Positions 38,680 to 49,025 of a DNA stretch of 64,000 nt are shown here, piece after piece (within the stretch, counting starts at the first letter, position 1; each line of letters opens with the position of its first letter). The notes under the pieces are model-generated. The model searched no databases and was not told the DNA's origin. It was given only the letters and a program-made list of their open reading frames with translations. Position numbers and translations under genes: made by a program. The DNA is from a virus (lineage: Duplodnaviria; Caudoviricetes): IMG/VR virus record IMGVR_UViG_3300032324_000909, positions 32,001 to 96,000 of that record; one strand, written 5' to 3'.

Positions 38680-38952
38680 ATGGAAAATACAAACACATCA
38701 AACAAGCCGAAGCTAGAAGAAGCTGGAGCACTATGGAAGCGCGTTAGTAAGAGTGGTACCACCTACCTAAACGGTAGCGTAAAGACCAAGGACGGTCAGG
38801 AAATCAAGTTGCTTATTTTTAGCAACTCTAATAAGCCAGAGGGTTCTAACCAGCCTGATTATAGGGTTTATTTTGATAACCCAGTCGGCACAAGCAACTC
38901 CGCACCTGTTAAGCAGGCTAAGCCAGAGAAGTCAGACGAGATTCCTTTCTAA
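38680..38952 (+). CDS. Small ssDNA-binding protein (DUF736-like) with SSB-type acidic tail
   Basis: GALWKR..SG..YLNG, QPDYRVY, C-terminal DEIPF. Confidence 0.7.
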   Translation: MENTNTSNKPKLEEAGALWKRVSKSGTTYLNGSVKTKDGQEIKLLIFSNSNKPEGSNQPDYRVYFDNPVGTSNSAPVKQAKPEKSDEIPF

Positions 38953-38956
38953 TCTT

Positions 38957-40045
38957 GTGAAGATAGCCCTACACCTACCTCTTAATTCGACATCTCTAGG
39001 GCAAGTAAGTCTTTCCATCCTGCGAGAAATATATTCTCGTGGGATGGAAGTCTGCCTATTTCCGATTGGAGAGATAGACTTATCTACTCAAAAACACGAT
39101 TCTAACTTTTTCGAGTGGATACAAAAAAGTGTTCTTTCTTCTAATAAAAAGCATAATAGAAATGTTCCAGTATTCAAACTGTGGCACATATCTGGTAGCT
39201 TAGAAAGTTTTTCAGACAAACAAGTTCTTCTTAGTTTTTACGAACTAGATTCCCCAACCGAGACAGAAATAAACATTGTAAAAAATAATTCCAATGTTTT
39301 ACTATCCAGTAATTACTCTGTAGATATATTTTTTTGGGCTGGATGTGAAAATGTTAAATTTATTCCATTAGCTTTTGACGATACCCATTTTAACTTAACA
39401 GAAAAAGAACAAAATAATGATATAATTCAATTTGGAATGTTTGGAAAATTAGAGCCAAGCAGAAAACGTCACTTGAAAATCCTAACCTCTTGGGTGAGAA
39501 AGTATGGTAACAAACAGGGGTATATGTTAAATTGCAACATATTTAATAGGTTTTTAGACCCCAACACGCAATCTCAGCTGATCATGCAAGCACTGAATGG
39601 ACAAAAATATTGGAATATAAATTTTATTCCATATATTGGCCCAAATGAAACTTATAATAAATTCATTAATAATAATGACATAGCAATTGCCATGAGTGGC
39701 GGCGAAGGTTGGGGACTGCCAGAGTTTCAGAGCGTGGCCCTAGGCAAGCACTGCGTAGGTTTAAATGCCCATGCCTATAAAGACTGGATGACAGATAAAA
39801 ATACAGTTCTAATAAATCCATCTGGAAAAATCCCAGTATATGACAATATGTTCTTTAAAGAGGGCATGGATATTAATCAAGGAAATATCTTCGACTGGAA
39901 TGAAGACGACTTTATCAATGGACTAGAAGAAGTTGAGAAAAGGTTTAGAAATAACCCTGTAAATACCGATGGTCTAGAACTTCAAAATAAATTTACCTAT
40001 AAAAAAATGGTAGATTCAATACTAGAAATAATGAAATCACTATGA
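38957..40045 (+). CDS. GT4 glycosyltransferase (start GTG 38957)
   Basis: GKLEPSRK, SGGEGWGLPEFQSVALGK. Confidence 0.85.
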   Translation: MKIALHLPLNSTSLGQVSLSILREIYSRGMEVCLFPIGEIDLSTQKHDSNFFEWIQKSVLSSNKKHNRNVPVFKLWHISGSLESFSDKQVLLSFYELDSPTETEINIVKNNSNVLLSSNYSVDIFFWAGCENVKFIPLAFDDTHFNLTEKEQNNDIIQFGMFGKLEPSRKRHLKILTSWVRKYGNKQGYMLNCNIFNRFLDPNTQSQLIMQALNGQKYWNINFIPYIGPNETYNKFINNNDIAIAMSGGEGWGLPEFQSVALGKHCVGLNAHAYKDWMTDKNTVLINPSGKIPVYDNMFFKEGMDINQGNIFDWNEDDFINGLEEVEKRFRNNPVNTDGLELQNKFTYKKMVDSILEIMKSL

Positions 40046-40215
40046 CAACTGAAAATACTGACAATTCAAATAATAAAGATATAGAATTAATAAAATCTGC
40101 ATCAGAATCTTTACAACAGATAGTGTTTAAAGATGGGACATCTTATTTTAGAATGCCAAATGGTCAACTGGTAAGATCTTCCAAACGTGCGTATATAATT
40201 AGAAAAGAAAAGTAA
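40042..40215 (+). CDS. Unlisted 57-aa hypothetical protein
   Basis: ATGA-coupled to upstream stop; MTTENTDNS...YFRMPNGQLVRSSKRAYIIRKEK fills the gap. Confidence 0.6.
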   Translation: MTTENTDNSNNKDIELIKSASESLQQIVFKDGTSYFRMPNGQLVRSSKRAYIIRKEK

Positions 40216-40219
40216 AATT

Positions 40220-40537
40220 GTGGCAAATTACGTTTTTGAACATCCCAAAACTGGACAAACTATAGAATTATCATTCGGAATGAATGATAAGAAGTTTTAT
40301 ATAGATGAGAATGGTACGGAGTGGAATCGTGTTTATTTTCCAACATTATTTGCCTTTGACACTAAAATAGACCCACATGACTCCAAGGCTTTTGTTAAAA
40401 AAACAGATAAGGGTGGCACATTGGGAGATATTATGGATTTGTCTAAAGAAATGAGTGAAAGAAGGGGTGGTAAAAAAAACGACCCAGTAAAGAAAGAATT
40501 CTCTAAAGATTGGAAAAAACGCAGAAAGATGCAATAG
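40220..40537 (+). CDS. FmdB-like small protein lacking Cys
   Basis: MANYVFEHPKTG N-terminus resembles FmdB ribbon. Confidence 0.4.
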   Translation: MANYVFEHPKTGQTIELSFGMNDKKFYIDENGTEWNRVYFPTLFAFDTKIDPHDSKAFVKKTDKGGTLGDIMDLSKEMSERRGGKKNDPVKKEFSKDWKKRRKMQ

Positions 40538-40642
40538 TACAATCAAATTTTTTAAATATTACCCCAAAATTTTAAGTTTTTCATTTTTTATTTTCAATGC
40601 TGTCCAATATATTGTAATATTACTACAACACTATAGTATAAT

Positions 40643-41614
40643 ATGATATTTCAAGAACAGATTTCCAGAAAACCAAACTTATACCCTTGGGTAGATAGTT
40701 TTATCGAGTCAATGCATAATGGGTTTTGGACAGATAAAGAATTCTCTTTTAAATCAGATATACAGCAATTTAAGGTAAATCTCTCTGAGCAAGAGAGGGA
40801 AATTATTATTCGCACCCTATCGGCCATTGGGCAGATAGAAGTAGCTGTAAAGACCTTTTGGGCAAAATTAGGGGAAAATCTCCCACACCCATCGCTTCAA
40901 GATCTTGGCTATGTAATGGCCAATGTGGAGGTTATTCATAATAACGCATATGAAAGGCTGATTTCTGTATTGGGACTGGAAGAGATCTTTGAACAGAACC
41001 TTAAATTAGAGTGGATACAAGGCCGTGTAAAATACCTAAGAAAATATACCCATAGATTCTATAAGGATAGCAAGAAACAGTATTTATATGCTTTAATTCT
41101 TTTTACTCTTTTTGTGGAAAATGTATCCCTGTTTTCCCAGTTTTACGTAATTAACTGGTTTGCGCGCTTCAAAAATGTGCTAAAAGACACTGATCAGCAG
41201 GTAAAGTATACCCGTAATGAAGAAAATATTCATGCACTAGTTGGTATTAAATTAATTAATACTATTCGTCAGGAATATCCAGAGTTATTCGACTCTGAAT
41301 TAGAGGAAAAAATTAATAAGGAAGCATTACAGGCATTCGAGTCAGAGTCTAAAATTGTAGACTGGATGGTAAACGGAATTAAAGAAGAGGGGCTTAATGC
41401 AGATATTTTAAAGGAATTTATTAAAAATAGAATTAATGAATCTCTCTTACAAATTGGTTTTAAAAAAGCCTTTGATGTTGACATGGAATTGATAAAAAAA
41501 ACCAAATGGTTTGAAGAGGAGCTTTTGGGGAATAATATGACTGATTTTTTTCACAGTAGACCAGTAGAGTATTCAAAGAAAAATCAATCTTTTGACGAAG
41601 ATGACTTGTTTTAA
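40643..41614 (+). CDS. nrdB: Ribonucleotide reductase beta subunit (class Id-like)
   Basis: QIEVAVKTFW, EVIHNNAY, VENVSLFSQF, EENIH, DFF...VEY. Confidence 0.92.
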   Translation: MIFQEQISRKPNLYPWVDSFIESMHNGFWTDKEFSFKSDIQQFKVNLSEQEREIIIRTLSAIGQIEVAVKTFWAKLGENLPHPSLQDLGYVMANVEVIHNNAYERLISVLGLEEIFEQNLKLEWIQGRVKYLRKYTHRFYKDSKKQYLYALILFTLFVENVSLFSQFYVINWFARFKNVLKDTDQQVKYTRNEENIHALVGIKLINTIRQEYPELFDSELEEKINKEALQAFESESKIVDWMVNGIKEEGLNADILKEFIKNRINESLLQIGFKKAFDVDMELIKKTKWFEEELLGNNMTDFFHSRPVEYSKKNQSFDEDDLF

Positions 41615-41634
41615 TTGATAAAAAAGTATATCAT
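41606..41634 (+). promoter_or_regulatory. Sigma70-type promoter positioned for leaderless nrdA
   Basis: TTGTTT-N17-TATCAT-N6-ATG. Confidence 0.5.
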
Positions 41635-41640
41635 ATACAA

Positions 41641-43302
41641 ATGAGCATTGAAATTAACGGCGATATTTACTGGCTAAATAAAGATTCTAGAAAATTCCTA
41701 CAAAGAGGATACCTTTTAGAAGGCGAGACTCCAGAGCAGAGAATCTCTGATATTTCCAAATCAGCAGAAAAAATTCTCGGTCAAAAAGGATTTGCTAAAA
41801 AATTTGAAAATTACATGCATCGTGGATTTTATTCACTTGCGTCCCCTATTTGGTCAAACTTTGGTCGCAAGCGCGGACTCCCTATATCGTGTTTTGGTTC
41901 TTACGTTCCTGATACAATGGAGGGTATTTTAGAAAAGATTGCCGAAGTAGGAATGATGACAAAAAACGGTGGTGGAACTTCCGCTTATTTTGGCGCTCTT
42001 CGTGGAAGAGGTCTACCAATTTCATCTGGTGGAGAATCTACTGGTTCTGTTCATTTTATGGAAATGTTTGACAAACTGATGAATGTAGTTTCTCAGGGCA
42101 ATGTCCGTCGTGGATCCTTTGCAGCCTATCTTCCAGTTGACCATATTGATATTGAAGAATTTCTAAAGATTCGTTCCGAGGGAAATAGTATTCAAGATCT
42201 TTCTATTGGTGTAACGGTTTCTGACGAATGGATGAAGTCCATGATAGATGGAGACAAGGAAAAGCGTAGAATTTGGGGATTAGTTCTAAAAAAACGTTTT
42301 GAATCTGGATATCCTTATATCTTTTTTACTGACAATGTAAATAATCAGGCACCACAAGTTTACAAGGATAAAAAACTAAATATTAGTCACTCAAATCTTT
42401 GCAGTGAAATTATGTTACCAGATTCCGAAGAAGAGTCGTTTGTTTGCGACCTTTCATCAATGAACCTTGAGCGTTGGGAAGAGTGGAAGGATACTGATGC
42501 AATCGAAACCATGATCTATTTCTTGGATGCTGTTATGTCAGAATTCATCAATAAAACAGAAGGAATCAAGTTCATGGATGCACCTCGTAACTTTGCAATT
42601 AATCATCGCGCACTAGGTCTTGGCGTTCTTGGTTGGCATTCCCTCCTTCAATCTAAGATGGTCGGATTTGAGTCAATGGAAGCAAAGCTTCTTAATTCAA
42701 CTATCTGGAAAACAATTCGCGAGAGAGCGGACAAAGCCAGCTCCGAGCTTGCTGGAATATTTGGTGAACCAGAACTTCTCAAGGGATACGGTCGTAGAAA
42801 CACAACAACTCTTGCGGTTGCCCCAACTACTTCAAGCTCCTTTATTCTTGGTCAAGTATCTCCAAGTATTGAGCCTCTTGAATCTAACTACTTTGTTAAG
42901 GATCTGGCAAAAGGCAAATTTACCTATAAGAATCCTTATCTTAAGAATCTTCTCAAGTCCAAGGATAAGAATGATGAGGAAACTTGGAAGTCCATTCTAA
43001 TTCATGGAGGATCTGTTCAGCATCTCGATTTCCTTACCCAAGAAGAAAAGGATGTATTCAAAACATTTGCCGAAACATCTCAAAGAGAGATTGTCATTCA
43101 GGCCTCTTCTCGCCAGAAGTTCATCGACCAAGGGCAGAGTTTAAATTTAATGATTCCTGCTGGAACTCCACCAAAAGCAGTTAATGAGCTTATTATCTTT
43201 GCATGGGAAAACGGAATTAAAAGCCTTTATTATCAGCGCTCTAGCAATCCCGCAAAAGAATTAGCTCGCTCTATAATGACGTGCAAATCTTGCGAAGCAT
43301 AA
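41641..43302 (+). CDS. nrdA: Ribonucleotide reductase alpha subunit, no ATP cone
   Basis: PISCF, SNLCSEI, APTTSSS, KSLYY, C-terminal CKSCE. Confidence 0.95.
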   Translation: MSIEINGDIYWLNKDSRKFLQRGYLLEGETPEQRISDISKSAEKILGQKGFAKKFENYMHRGFYSLASPIWSNFGRKRGLPISCFGSYVPDTMEGILEKIAEVGMMTKNGGGTSAYFGALRGRGLPISSGGESTGSVHFMEMFDKLMNVVSQGNVRRGSFAAYLPVDHIDIEEFLKIRSEGNSIQDLSIGVTVSDEWMKSMIDGDKEKRRIWGLVLKKRFESGYPYIFFTDNVNNQAPQVYKDKKLNISHSNLCSEIMLPDSEEESFVCDLSSMNLERWEEWKDTDAIETMIYFLDAVMSEFINKTEGIKFMDAPRNFAINHRALGLGVLGWHSLLQSKMVGFESMEAKLLNSTIWKTIRERADKASSELAGIFGEPELLKGYGRRNTTTLAVAPTTSSSFILGQVSPSIEPLESNYFVKDLAKGKFTYKNPYLKNLLKSKDKNDEETWKSILIHGGSVQHLDFLTQEEKDVFKTFAETSQREIVIQASSRQKFIDQGQSLNLMIPAGTPPKAVNELIIFAWENGIKSLYYQRSSNPAKELARSIMTCKSCEA

Positions 43303-43309
43303 CAGTACA

Positions 43310-43684
43310 ATGGAAGAAAACAATAGTGAAATTGAGGATATTTCCGAATTAATAGAAAAAAAACTTCTAGATAACCTGCAATGGTCTATGTTATTATTTG
43401 TTTTTAAACAAATTTGTGAACAAATTAATAGCCAAAACGACTTTGATAGCAAGGTAAAAATACAGAATATTTTCTTTAAAGAATGGAAGAAGTTTGCTAT
43501 AGAAAATATAATTAAACAAGATTTAAACGTAATTAATAACGTACTAAATTCTCCAGTTAATATATTTTATTCCATTTTACAGAATAAGGGAGAAGAAGCG
43601 TCAACAACAGAAGATTACCAAGAAATATATAACAATATTATAAAAAAAATTGAAAAGCATTTTAACGAAAATATTGATAAATAA
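43310..43684 (+). CDS. Hypothetical protein
   Basis: 124-aa ORF in operon context. Confidence 0.6.
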   Translation: MEENNSEIEDISELIEKKLLDNLQWSMLLFVFKQICEQINSQNDFDSKVKIQNIFFKEWKKFAIENIIKQDLNVINNVLNSPVNIFYSILQNKGEEASTTEDYQEIYNNIIKKIEKHFNENIDK

Positions 43685-43690
43685 ATTTAT

Positions 43691-43719
43691 TTGAATTACA
43701 ATAGGTATTAATCTATAAT
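43691..43719 (+). promoter_or_regulatory. Sigma70-type promoter before gmd
   Basis: TTGAAT-N17-TATAAT-N4-ATG. Confidence 0.6.
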
Positions 43720-43723
43720 AAAC

Positions 43724-44767
43724 ATGGTTAAAAAAATTATAGTAACAGGAATAACTGGTCAAGATGGTAGTTATATGGTTGATTATCTACTTGAAAATAC
43801 TGATCACCATATTTTTGGAATGGTTAGAAGAAGTAGCAATTTAAATACTGTTAACATATCACACTTACTTAATAACCCAAGATTAACTATTATTACGGGA
43901 GATTTATCTGACAGTCAATCAATAGATTCCATTATTAAAGAAATTAATCCAGATTATTTTATTAATCTAGCAGCACAAAGCTTTGTTGGTAGTAGTTGGC
44001 AAATTCCAGAACAAACATTCGATGTTGGCGCTGTCGGGATTATTAGGTGTTTAGAGGCAATTCGCAAACACGCACCAAATTGCAGGTTTTATAATGCAGG
44101 CTCTAGCGAAGAACTTGGTAATGTTGATTACTCGCCACAAGATGAAAACCATCCGTTAAAACCTAGAAGTCCGTATGGCGCAGCTAAAGCTGCCGCTAGG
44201 CATATTGTAAAAGTATATCGTGAGAGTTATAATTTATATGCAATTCAGGGGTTATTATATAATCACGAATCAGAACGTCGTGGTGTAGAATTTGTTACTA
44301 GAAAAATCACAAAGGGAGTCGCCAGAATTAAAAATGCTATTAATAACAATATTCCATTTGCCCCGTTAGAATTAGGCAATATTGACGCAAAGCGTGACTG
44401 GAGTCATGCGCTTGATTTTGTAGATGGTATTTGGAAAATGTTAAACCAAGAACAGCCCAAGGAACATCTACTTTCTTCTGGAGAAACACATACAGTAAGA
44501 GAGTTTATTGAATTAGCTTTTGAAAACGCTAAAATCCAAGGAAATTGGAAAGGTGATGGCATAGATGAACAATTTATTGATAAGGATGGGTCTATTTTAA
44601 TTAAAATTAATTCAGAGTTTTATCGTCCAGCGGAAGTTGATTTACTTTGGGGCGATTCATCAACGGCAAGAATTGAACTAGCATGGGTTCCAAAAATTTC
44701 CTTCAAAGAACTTATAAAAAGAATGGTTGAAAGGGATTTAGTTATTGAAAATAGTGTAAATATGTAA
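43724..44767 (+). CDS. gmd: GDP-mannose 4,6-dehydratase
   Basis: TGITGQDGSY, AAQSFV, PRSPYGAAK, NHESERRG..FVTRKI, RDWSHA, YRPAEVDLL. Confidence 0.95.
   Translation: MVKKIIVTGITGQDGSYMVDYLLENTDHHIFGMVRRSSNLNTVNISHLLNNPRLTIITGDLSDSQSIDSIIKEINPDYFINLAAQSFVGSSWQIPEQTFDVGAVGIIRCLEAIRKHAPNCRFYNAGSSEELGNVDYSPQDENHPLKPRSPYGAAKAAARHIVKVYRESYNLYAIQGLLYNHESERRGVEFVTRKITKGVARIKNAINNNIPFAPLELGNIDAKRDWSHALDFVDGIWKMLNQEQPKEHLLSSGETHTVREFIELAFENAKIQGNWKGDGIDEQFIDKDGSILIKINSEFYRPAEVDLLWGDSSTARIELAWVPKISFKELIKRMVERDLVIENSVNM
44754..44759 (+). promoter_or_regulatory. GTGTAA motif before small Cys-rich gene
   Basis: 18 nt upstream of ATG 44778. Confidence 0.4.
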
Positions 44768-44777
44768 CATAATCCTT

Positions 44778-44963
44778 ATGAATGGAGAAGAAAAACTTAG
44801 CACTTGTAAATTCCGCTCACAAGATGAGCAGGAAAGACTTATTACTAGATGTGCCTGTAGAGGGGGAAACTATACAGACAAAGGATTCTTCTGCGAAAAG
44901 AGGGAAATTTTCAAAATCCAAAAAGAAACCTGCGAAGGCTGTTCGGAATACGAGTCTAAATAA
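44778..44963 (+). CDS. Small Cys-rich protein, paralog of 32798..33013
   Basis: CKFR...CxC...GFFCEKREIF...CEGCSEYE. Confidence 0.65.
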   Translation: MNGEEKLSTCKFRSQDEQERLITRCACRGGNYTDKGFFCEKREIFKIQKETCEGCSEYESK

Positions 44964-45300
44964 AAGAGATTTTGTTTTAAAGTTTACTAAACCAGACGCG
45001 AGTATAGTCTGGCCAAGAGAGATGAAGATAGTAAATTCTCTCCTAAAGATTTTTCCAAATGATTTATTCTGGAATTCTTTAACATTAAGATTTCAGTTAA
45101 ATAGTCTTTGCTGGTTCCTTTCCGACGAAGGAAGGAAAATGTTAAATACTGAATACAAAAAATTCATTTTTGAACCTGAAAAACCACAGAATTTTGTTCT
45201 GGAAAATAATAATATTGAGTTTCAGGGAAAAATAGGTGAAACTGTACAAGCACCTATGACAGTGCGAGAATTTTTAAATTTATGGCAAAAGAAGAAGTAA
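44782..45300 (+). CDS. Hypothetical protein overlapping the 61-aa gene (start uncertain)
   Basis: Fills gap to recA; globular-looking WPREMKI...FWNSL...LNSLCWF region. Confidence 0.55.
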   Translation: MEKKNLALVNSAHKMSRKDLLLDVPVEGETIQTKDSSAKRGKFSKSKKKPAKAVRNTSLNKRDFVLKFTKPDASIVWPREMKIVNSLLKIFPNDLFWNSLTLRFQLNSLCWFLSDEGRKMLNTEYKKFIFEPEKPQNFVLENNNIEFQGKIGETVQAPMTVREFLNLWQKKK

Positions 45301-46382
45301 AATCAAACTCAAGTCAATCCGTATTAGCATCCTTTCTAAAGAGCACGAAGGGCGAACACTATAACTTTGAAGACGAAAAAATTTTTAACGTATCTACAGG
45401 CTCACTCCTCTTGGATTCAGAGATGGGAGGATCGTTAGAAGTTCCAGCAATTTTACGTTTTACTGGCGTAAGTGGTGGTGGAAAAACCAGTTCCGCTCTT
45501 CTTATTATGAAGAATTTCCTAGATACGGTACCAAAGGGTAAGGGTTTTCTAGTTAAAGCAGAAGGAAGGCTTAACTCTAATGTAAAAAATGTATCTGGAG
45601 TTAAGTTTGTAGACAAGGCCGAAGATTGGGTTGATGGAACTTGCTTCGTATTGCGTACTAATATTTATGAAAATGTTGCAAGTATTATCTTGGAATTAAT
45701 TAAGAATAATCCAGACGAATCTAGATATTATTTTTTAATTGATAGCATGGATGCGCTTATCGCTAAAAACGATGCCGCCAAGGGCTTTGAAGATAGTCAA
45801 AAAGTCGCCGCTGGAGCAGTTATTAGTTCGCATTTTCTAAAAATGATCATGTTGCCACTATCAACTTTTGGACATGTTTGCGCGCTAATCTCACAGGTGC
45901 GTTCTAATGTTCAAATTAATCCGTACGCTAAAACAGACCCAAAACTTACAAATAGTTCTGGTGGCAATGCTCTACAGCATTATGCTGATTGGATTTTCGA
46001 GTTCCAACCTAGATATAAAGCAGACCAGATAGTTGAAGATGGAAAAATTATTGGCCATTGGGCAAAAATTCTTCTCCGAAAGACCACAAACGAGAAGGAA
46101 GGAACTGAAATATTGTACCCAATTCGCCATGGTAGAACTGGTGGAAATAGTATTTGGATAGAATATGAAGTATCCGATATGTTAATTCAATGGGGCTTTG
46201 CAAAAAAGGCTGGTGCTTGGATCAATCTTGATTCTAAATTAATAGACGAAGTCTCAAAAGAGACTGGGCAAGCAGTACCAAGTACAATTCAAGGAATGGA
46301 AAAGTTAAGAACTTTCTTGGAAGAAAATAAAGAAATTTGTCTTTACTTATTCAATAAGTTCAAGGGCGCACTAGCAAAATAA
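45282..46382 (+). CDS. recA: RecA/UvsX-like recombinase
   Basis: VSTGSLLLD, GVSGGGKTS, IDSMDAL, ISQVR, SGGNALQHYAD. Confidence 0.85.
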   Translation: MAKEEVKSNSSQSVLASFLKSTKGEHYNFEDEKIFNVSTGSLLLDSEMGGSLEVPAILRFTGVSGGGKTSSALLIMKNFLDTVPKGKGFLVKAEGRLNSNVKNVSGVKFVDKAEDWVDGTCFVLRTNIYENVASIILELIKNNPDESRYYFLIDSMDALIAKNDAAKGFEDSQKVAAGAVISSHFLKMIMLPLSTFGHVCALISQVRSNVQINPYAKTDPKLTNSSGGNALQHYADWIFEFQPRYKADQIVEDGKIIGHWAKILLRKTTNEKEGTEILYPIRHGRTGGNSIWIEYEVSDMLIQWGFAKKAGAWINLDSKLIDEVSKETGQAVPSTIQGMEKLRTFLEENKEICLYLFNKFKGALAK

Positions 46383-47326
46383 TGTCCCAAGAAACGGTAT
46401 CTATTCGTTTAGAAGGCGGCATCGGTGATCATCTATTAGCCAATAGGTTCATCGGTGCTATAAAAGAAAAGCACCCTAATGCTCAATTAAATTTCTATTC
46501 AGATACTGAAAATAACGACAAACAGATAAATTTGCTTAAGTATGCTTGGCCAAGTATTTATACAAATAATAATTGCAAAGTAATTGAAAGTAGAAAAAGT
46601 AAAGATTTTAAAGTAAAAAGTCAGTTTGGAGAAGAGGTTTATAACTGCCATCTAGATAATCTACCAGATCAATATATTAAACTATTTAACGACTCAGATT
46701 ACTTCTATAATCTATGTATAGACAACCTTGACTGGCTAAATTATAGTTTTGATTGGAAACGATATTTTTATTTCTTTCCAAGACCAGAGATAAATAATCA
46801 GTTGTCTGATATTAAAGATAGTTATATTCTTACACATCTTTACCCAAGGCCCAACTCTGATCATAATGTTGAACAGTGGTATGTTATAGCACTGCTTAAA
46901 AAGCTATTAGCGTCTGGTAAGCAGGTTGTTTCGGTGTGCCAAACCGAATATATGGATTTTTATAAAGAAATCTCAGATCTTCAATATCCAAACTTTACTT
47001 TGACAGACTGCTCACTAGAAGATTTTTTTGCATTAAGCGAGGCATGTTCCGCCTTTATTGGCGTAGACTCTGGATTGAGATATTTCCCACTACACTATGG
47101 AAAACCTACCTATGTATTTTCAAAATATTGCAAAGAACCCCTTCAGGCATGGCCATCCCATGTGCTTCGATGGCTAGTGTTCGAAAAGTATGTTTTTCCA
47201 ATGCATTATGACATCAATACGGTTTGCAATGTACTGATTAACTCTACTTCCCATCCAGCATGTAGCCTATTCCCAAACCTTGGAGATAAAATAGAAAATA
47301 GCATTATACAAAGATTTTATAAATAA
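46382..47326 (+). CDS. GT9-like glycosyltransferase
   Basis: GGIGDHLL and FIGVDSG motifs. Confidence 0.7.
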   Translation: MSQETVSIRLEGGIGDHLLANRFIGAIKEKHPNAQLNFYSDTENNDKQINLLKYAWPSIYTNNNCKVIESRKSKDFKVKSQFGEEVYNCHLDNLPDQYIKLFNDSDYFYNLCIDNLDWLNYSFDWKRYFYFFPRPEINNQLSDIKDSYILTHLYPRPNSDHNVEQWYVIALLKKLLASGKQVVSVCQTEYMDFYKEISDLQYPNFTLTDCSLEDFFALSEACSAFIGVDSGLRYFPLHYGKPTYVFSKYCKEPLQAWPSHVLRWLVFEKYVFPMHYDINTVCNVLINSTSHPACSLFPNLGDKIENSIIQRFYK

Positions 47327-47338
47327 ATTAGAAAAAAT

Positions 47339-48145
47339 ATGATCATAGACTGTTTTACATTTTTTAATGAATTAGATATATTAGAAATAAGGTTAGAAGA
47401 ACTTTACAATACGGTTGATTATTTTGTTTTAGTAGAGGCATCGAAAACACAAAGCCTTTTACCTAAAAAATATTATTTTGAAGAAAATAAGGAAAGATAT
47501 AAAAAATATCTAGATAAAATTATTCATGTAAAAGTAGATGACTGTCCAGACAATTCTTCTGATTTATGGACTATGGAGAATTTTCAAAGAAATGCTATAG
47601 TTAGAGGTATAAATCAAATATCTAATATATCAGATAATGATGTAATATTAATATCAGATTTAGATGAAATTCCAAATCACAAAATTTTAAAGCAAATTGA
47701 TTCCATAGAAGAAGAAGCTTTTTCGTTTGAAATGTTATTTTGTGCATATTATTTGAACCTAATAGCCGCACACAGACAGTGGATTGGAACAGTTGCTTGT
47801 AAATATAAAATTTTTAAAAACCTTATTCCACAGCACCTTAGGAATGTCAAAGACCAATTACCTTGCATACGCAATGCTGGTTGGCACTTTAGCTGGATGG
47901 GTGGTTATGAAAAAATTTATGAAAAATCCCTATCCTGTATAGAACCATTTAATAAGAAAGAATTACCCTCAAAAGAAGAATTTAAAAAGCATTTTGAAAA
48001 CTTTGCGATAAATGATAACAAGTTTTTTATTCATTTGGAAAATTTATCTAAAAAAGAAACAGAATTTAAAAAAATACAGATAAATGAAATATTTCCTATC
48101 TTTGTAATCGAAAATCAAACCAAATTATCTGAATTCATAATATGA
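47339..48145 (+). CDS. GT17-like glycosyltransferase
   Basis: DCFTFFNELDILEIRL, ENFQRN, ISDLDEIP, GWHFSW. Confidence 0.85.
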   Translation: MIIDCFTFFNELDILEIRLEELYNTVDYFVLVEASKTQSLLPKKYYFEENKERYKKYLDKIIHVKVDDCPDNSSDLWTMENFQRNAIVRGINQISNISDNDVILISDLDEIPNHKILKQIDSIEEEAFSFEMLFCAYYLNLIAAHRQWIGTVACKYKIFKNLIPQHLRNVKDQLPCIRNAGWHFSWMGGYEKIYEKSLSCIEPFNKKELPSKEEFKKHFENFAINDNKFFIHLENLSKKETEFKKIQINEIFPIFVIENQTKLSEFII

Positions 48146-48173
48146 ACCAAGAGATAATAAGCTTAACATTAAT

Positions 48174-49025
48174 ATGAAAATATGGGGAACAAGATTTAGT
48201 CTAATAGGTGATATCGTAATGTCCTTGCCAATTTTAGAACATTTAAAAGATATTTACAGTACATATTATTGTTATTTTAGTATAGCGCAAAAATGCAAGC
48301 AATCTTTACCTATATTTATTAATCAACCCCTCATCAATGAAATAAAAATAAGTGATTTACCAGAAGAACTGGGAGACTTAGATAATGCCATTATATCTAA
48401 ATGTGATATAGTATTAAATGTAAAGCCACAACACCCAAACGAACAAGATTGGTATAACTATAGATCCTGCGTAGAAGAAACCGCATTAATGGCCGGATTT
48501 GACCCCTACAAATTTACAGGCAAGGTTCCAAAATTATTACAATACTGGCCAGACGACCATAAAATAAACACAAGCTCAAAAAATATAGTTATATGGCCAT
48601 TTGCTGGTTATGGCCAAGGCATTGCCAGAAGCCCGTCGCTAGAATGGTGGAAAAAATGTTTAGAAATATTGATAAACGATTTTGGCTATAAAATTATTCA
48701 CGCCGGGGTAGATTCCGAACCAGATATTATAAACCATCAAAACTATAAAAGAATTACTCAAATGTCATTTTTCGATCAGATTAAAGAATCTCTAAAAGCA
48801 GACCTCGCCATAGGTACAGACTCTGGATCCATGTGGGTTATAGGAGCATACTCTAAAATTCCACAAATTAATTTAATTACTAACTGGTTACCAAATCACC
48901 ATACAAACTTATTATCATTAGCGCCAACTGGAGATAAGACAATAAATCTTTTTGCACAAGATGGGTGTGATAATATCTCTATAAATGATTTAATTAATAA
49001 AATAAATGAAAATATTTGCATATAA
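48174..49025 (+). CDS. GT9-like glycosyltransferase
   Basis: SLIGDIVMSLP and IGTDSGSMW motifs. Confidence 0.75.
   Translation: MKIWGTRFSLIGDIVMSLPILEHLKDIYSTYYCYFSIAQKCKQSLPIFINQPLINEIKISDLPEELGDLDNAIISKCDIVLNVKPQHPNEQDWYNYRSCVEETALMAGFDPYKFTGKVPKLLQYWPDDHKINTSSKNIVIWPFAGYGQGIARSPSLEWWKKCLEILINDFGYKIIHAGVDSEPDIINHQNYKRITQMSFFDQIKESLKADLAIGTDSGSMWVIGAYSKIPQINLITNWLPNHHTNLLSLAPTGDKTINLFAQDGCDNISINDLINKINENICI

Noticed and set aside
42620-43184. Alternative-frame ORFs inside nrdA (and 60317..60505 inside dnaE)
   Set aside because: No motifs or independent support; expected by chance in more GC-rich coding sequence
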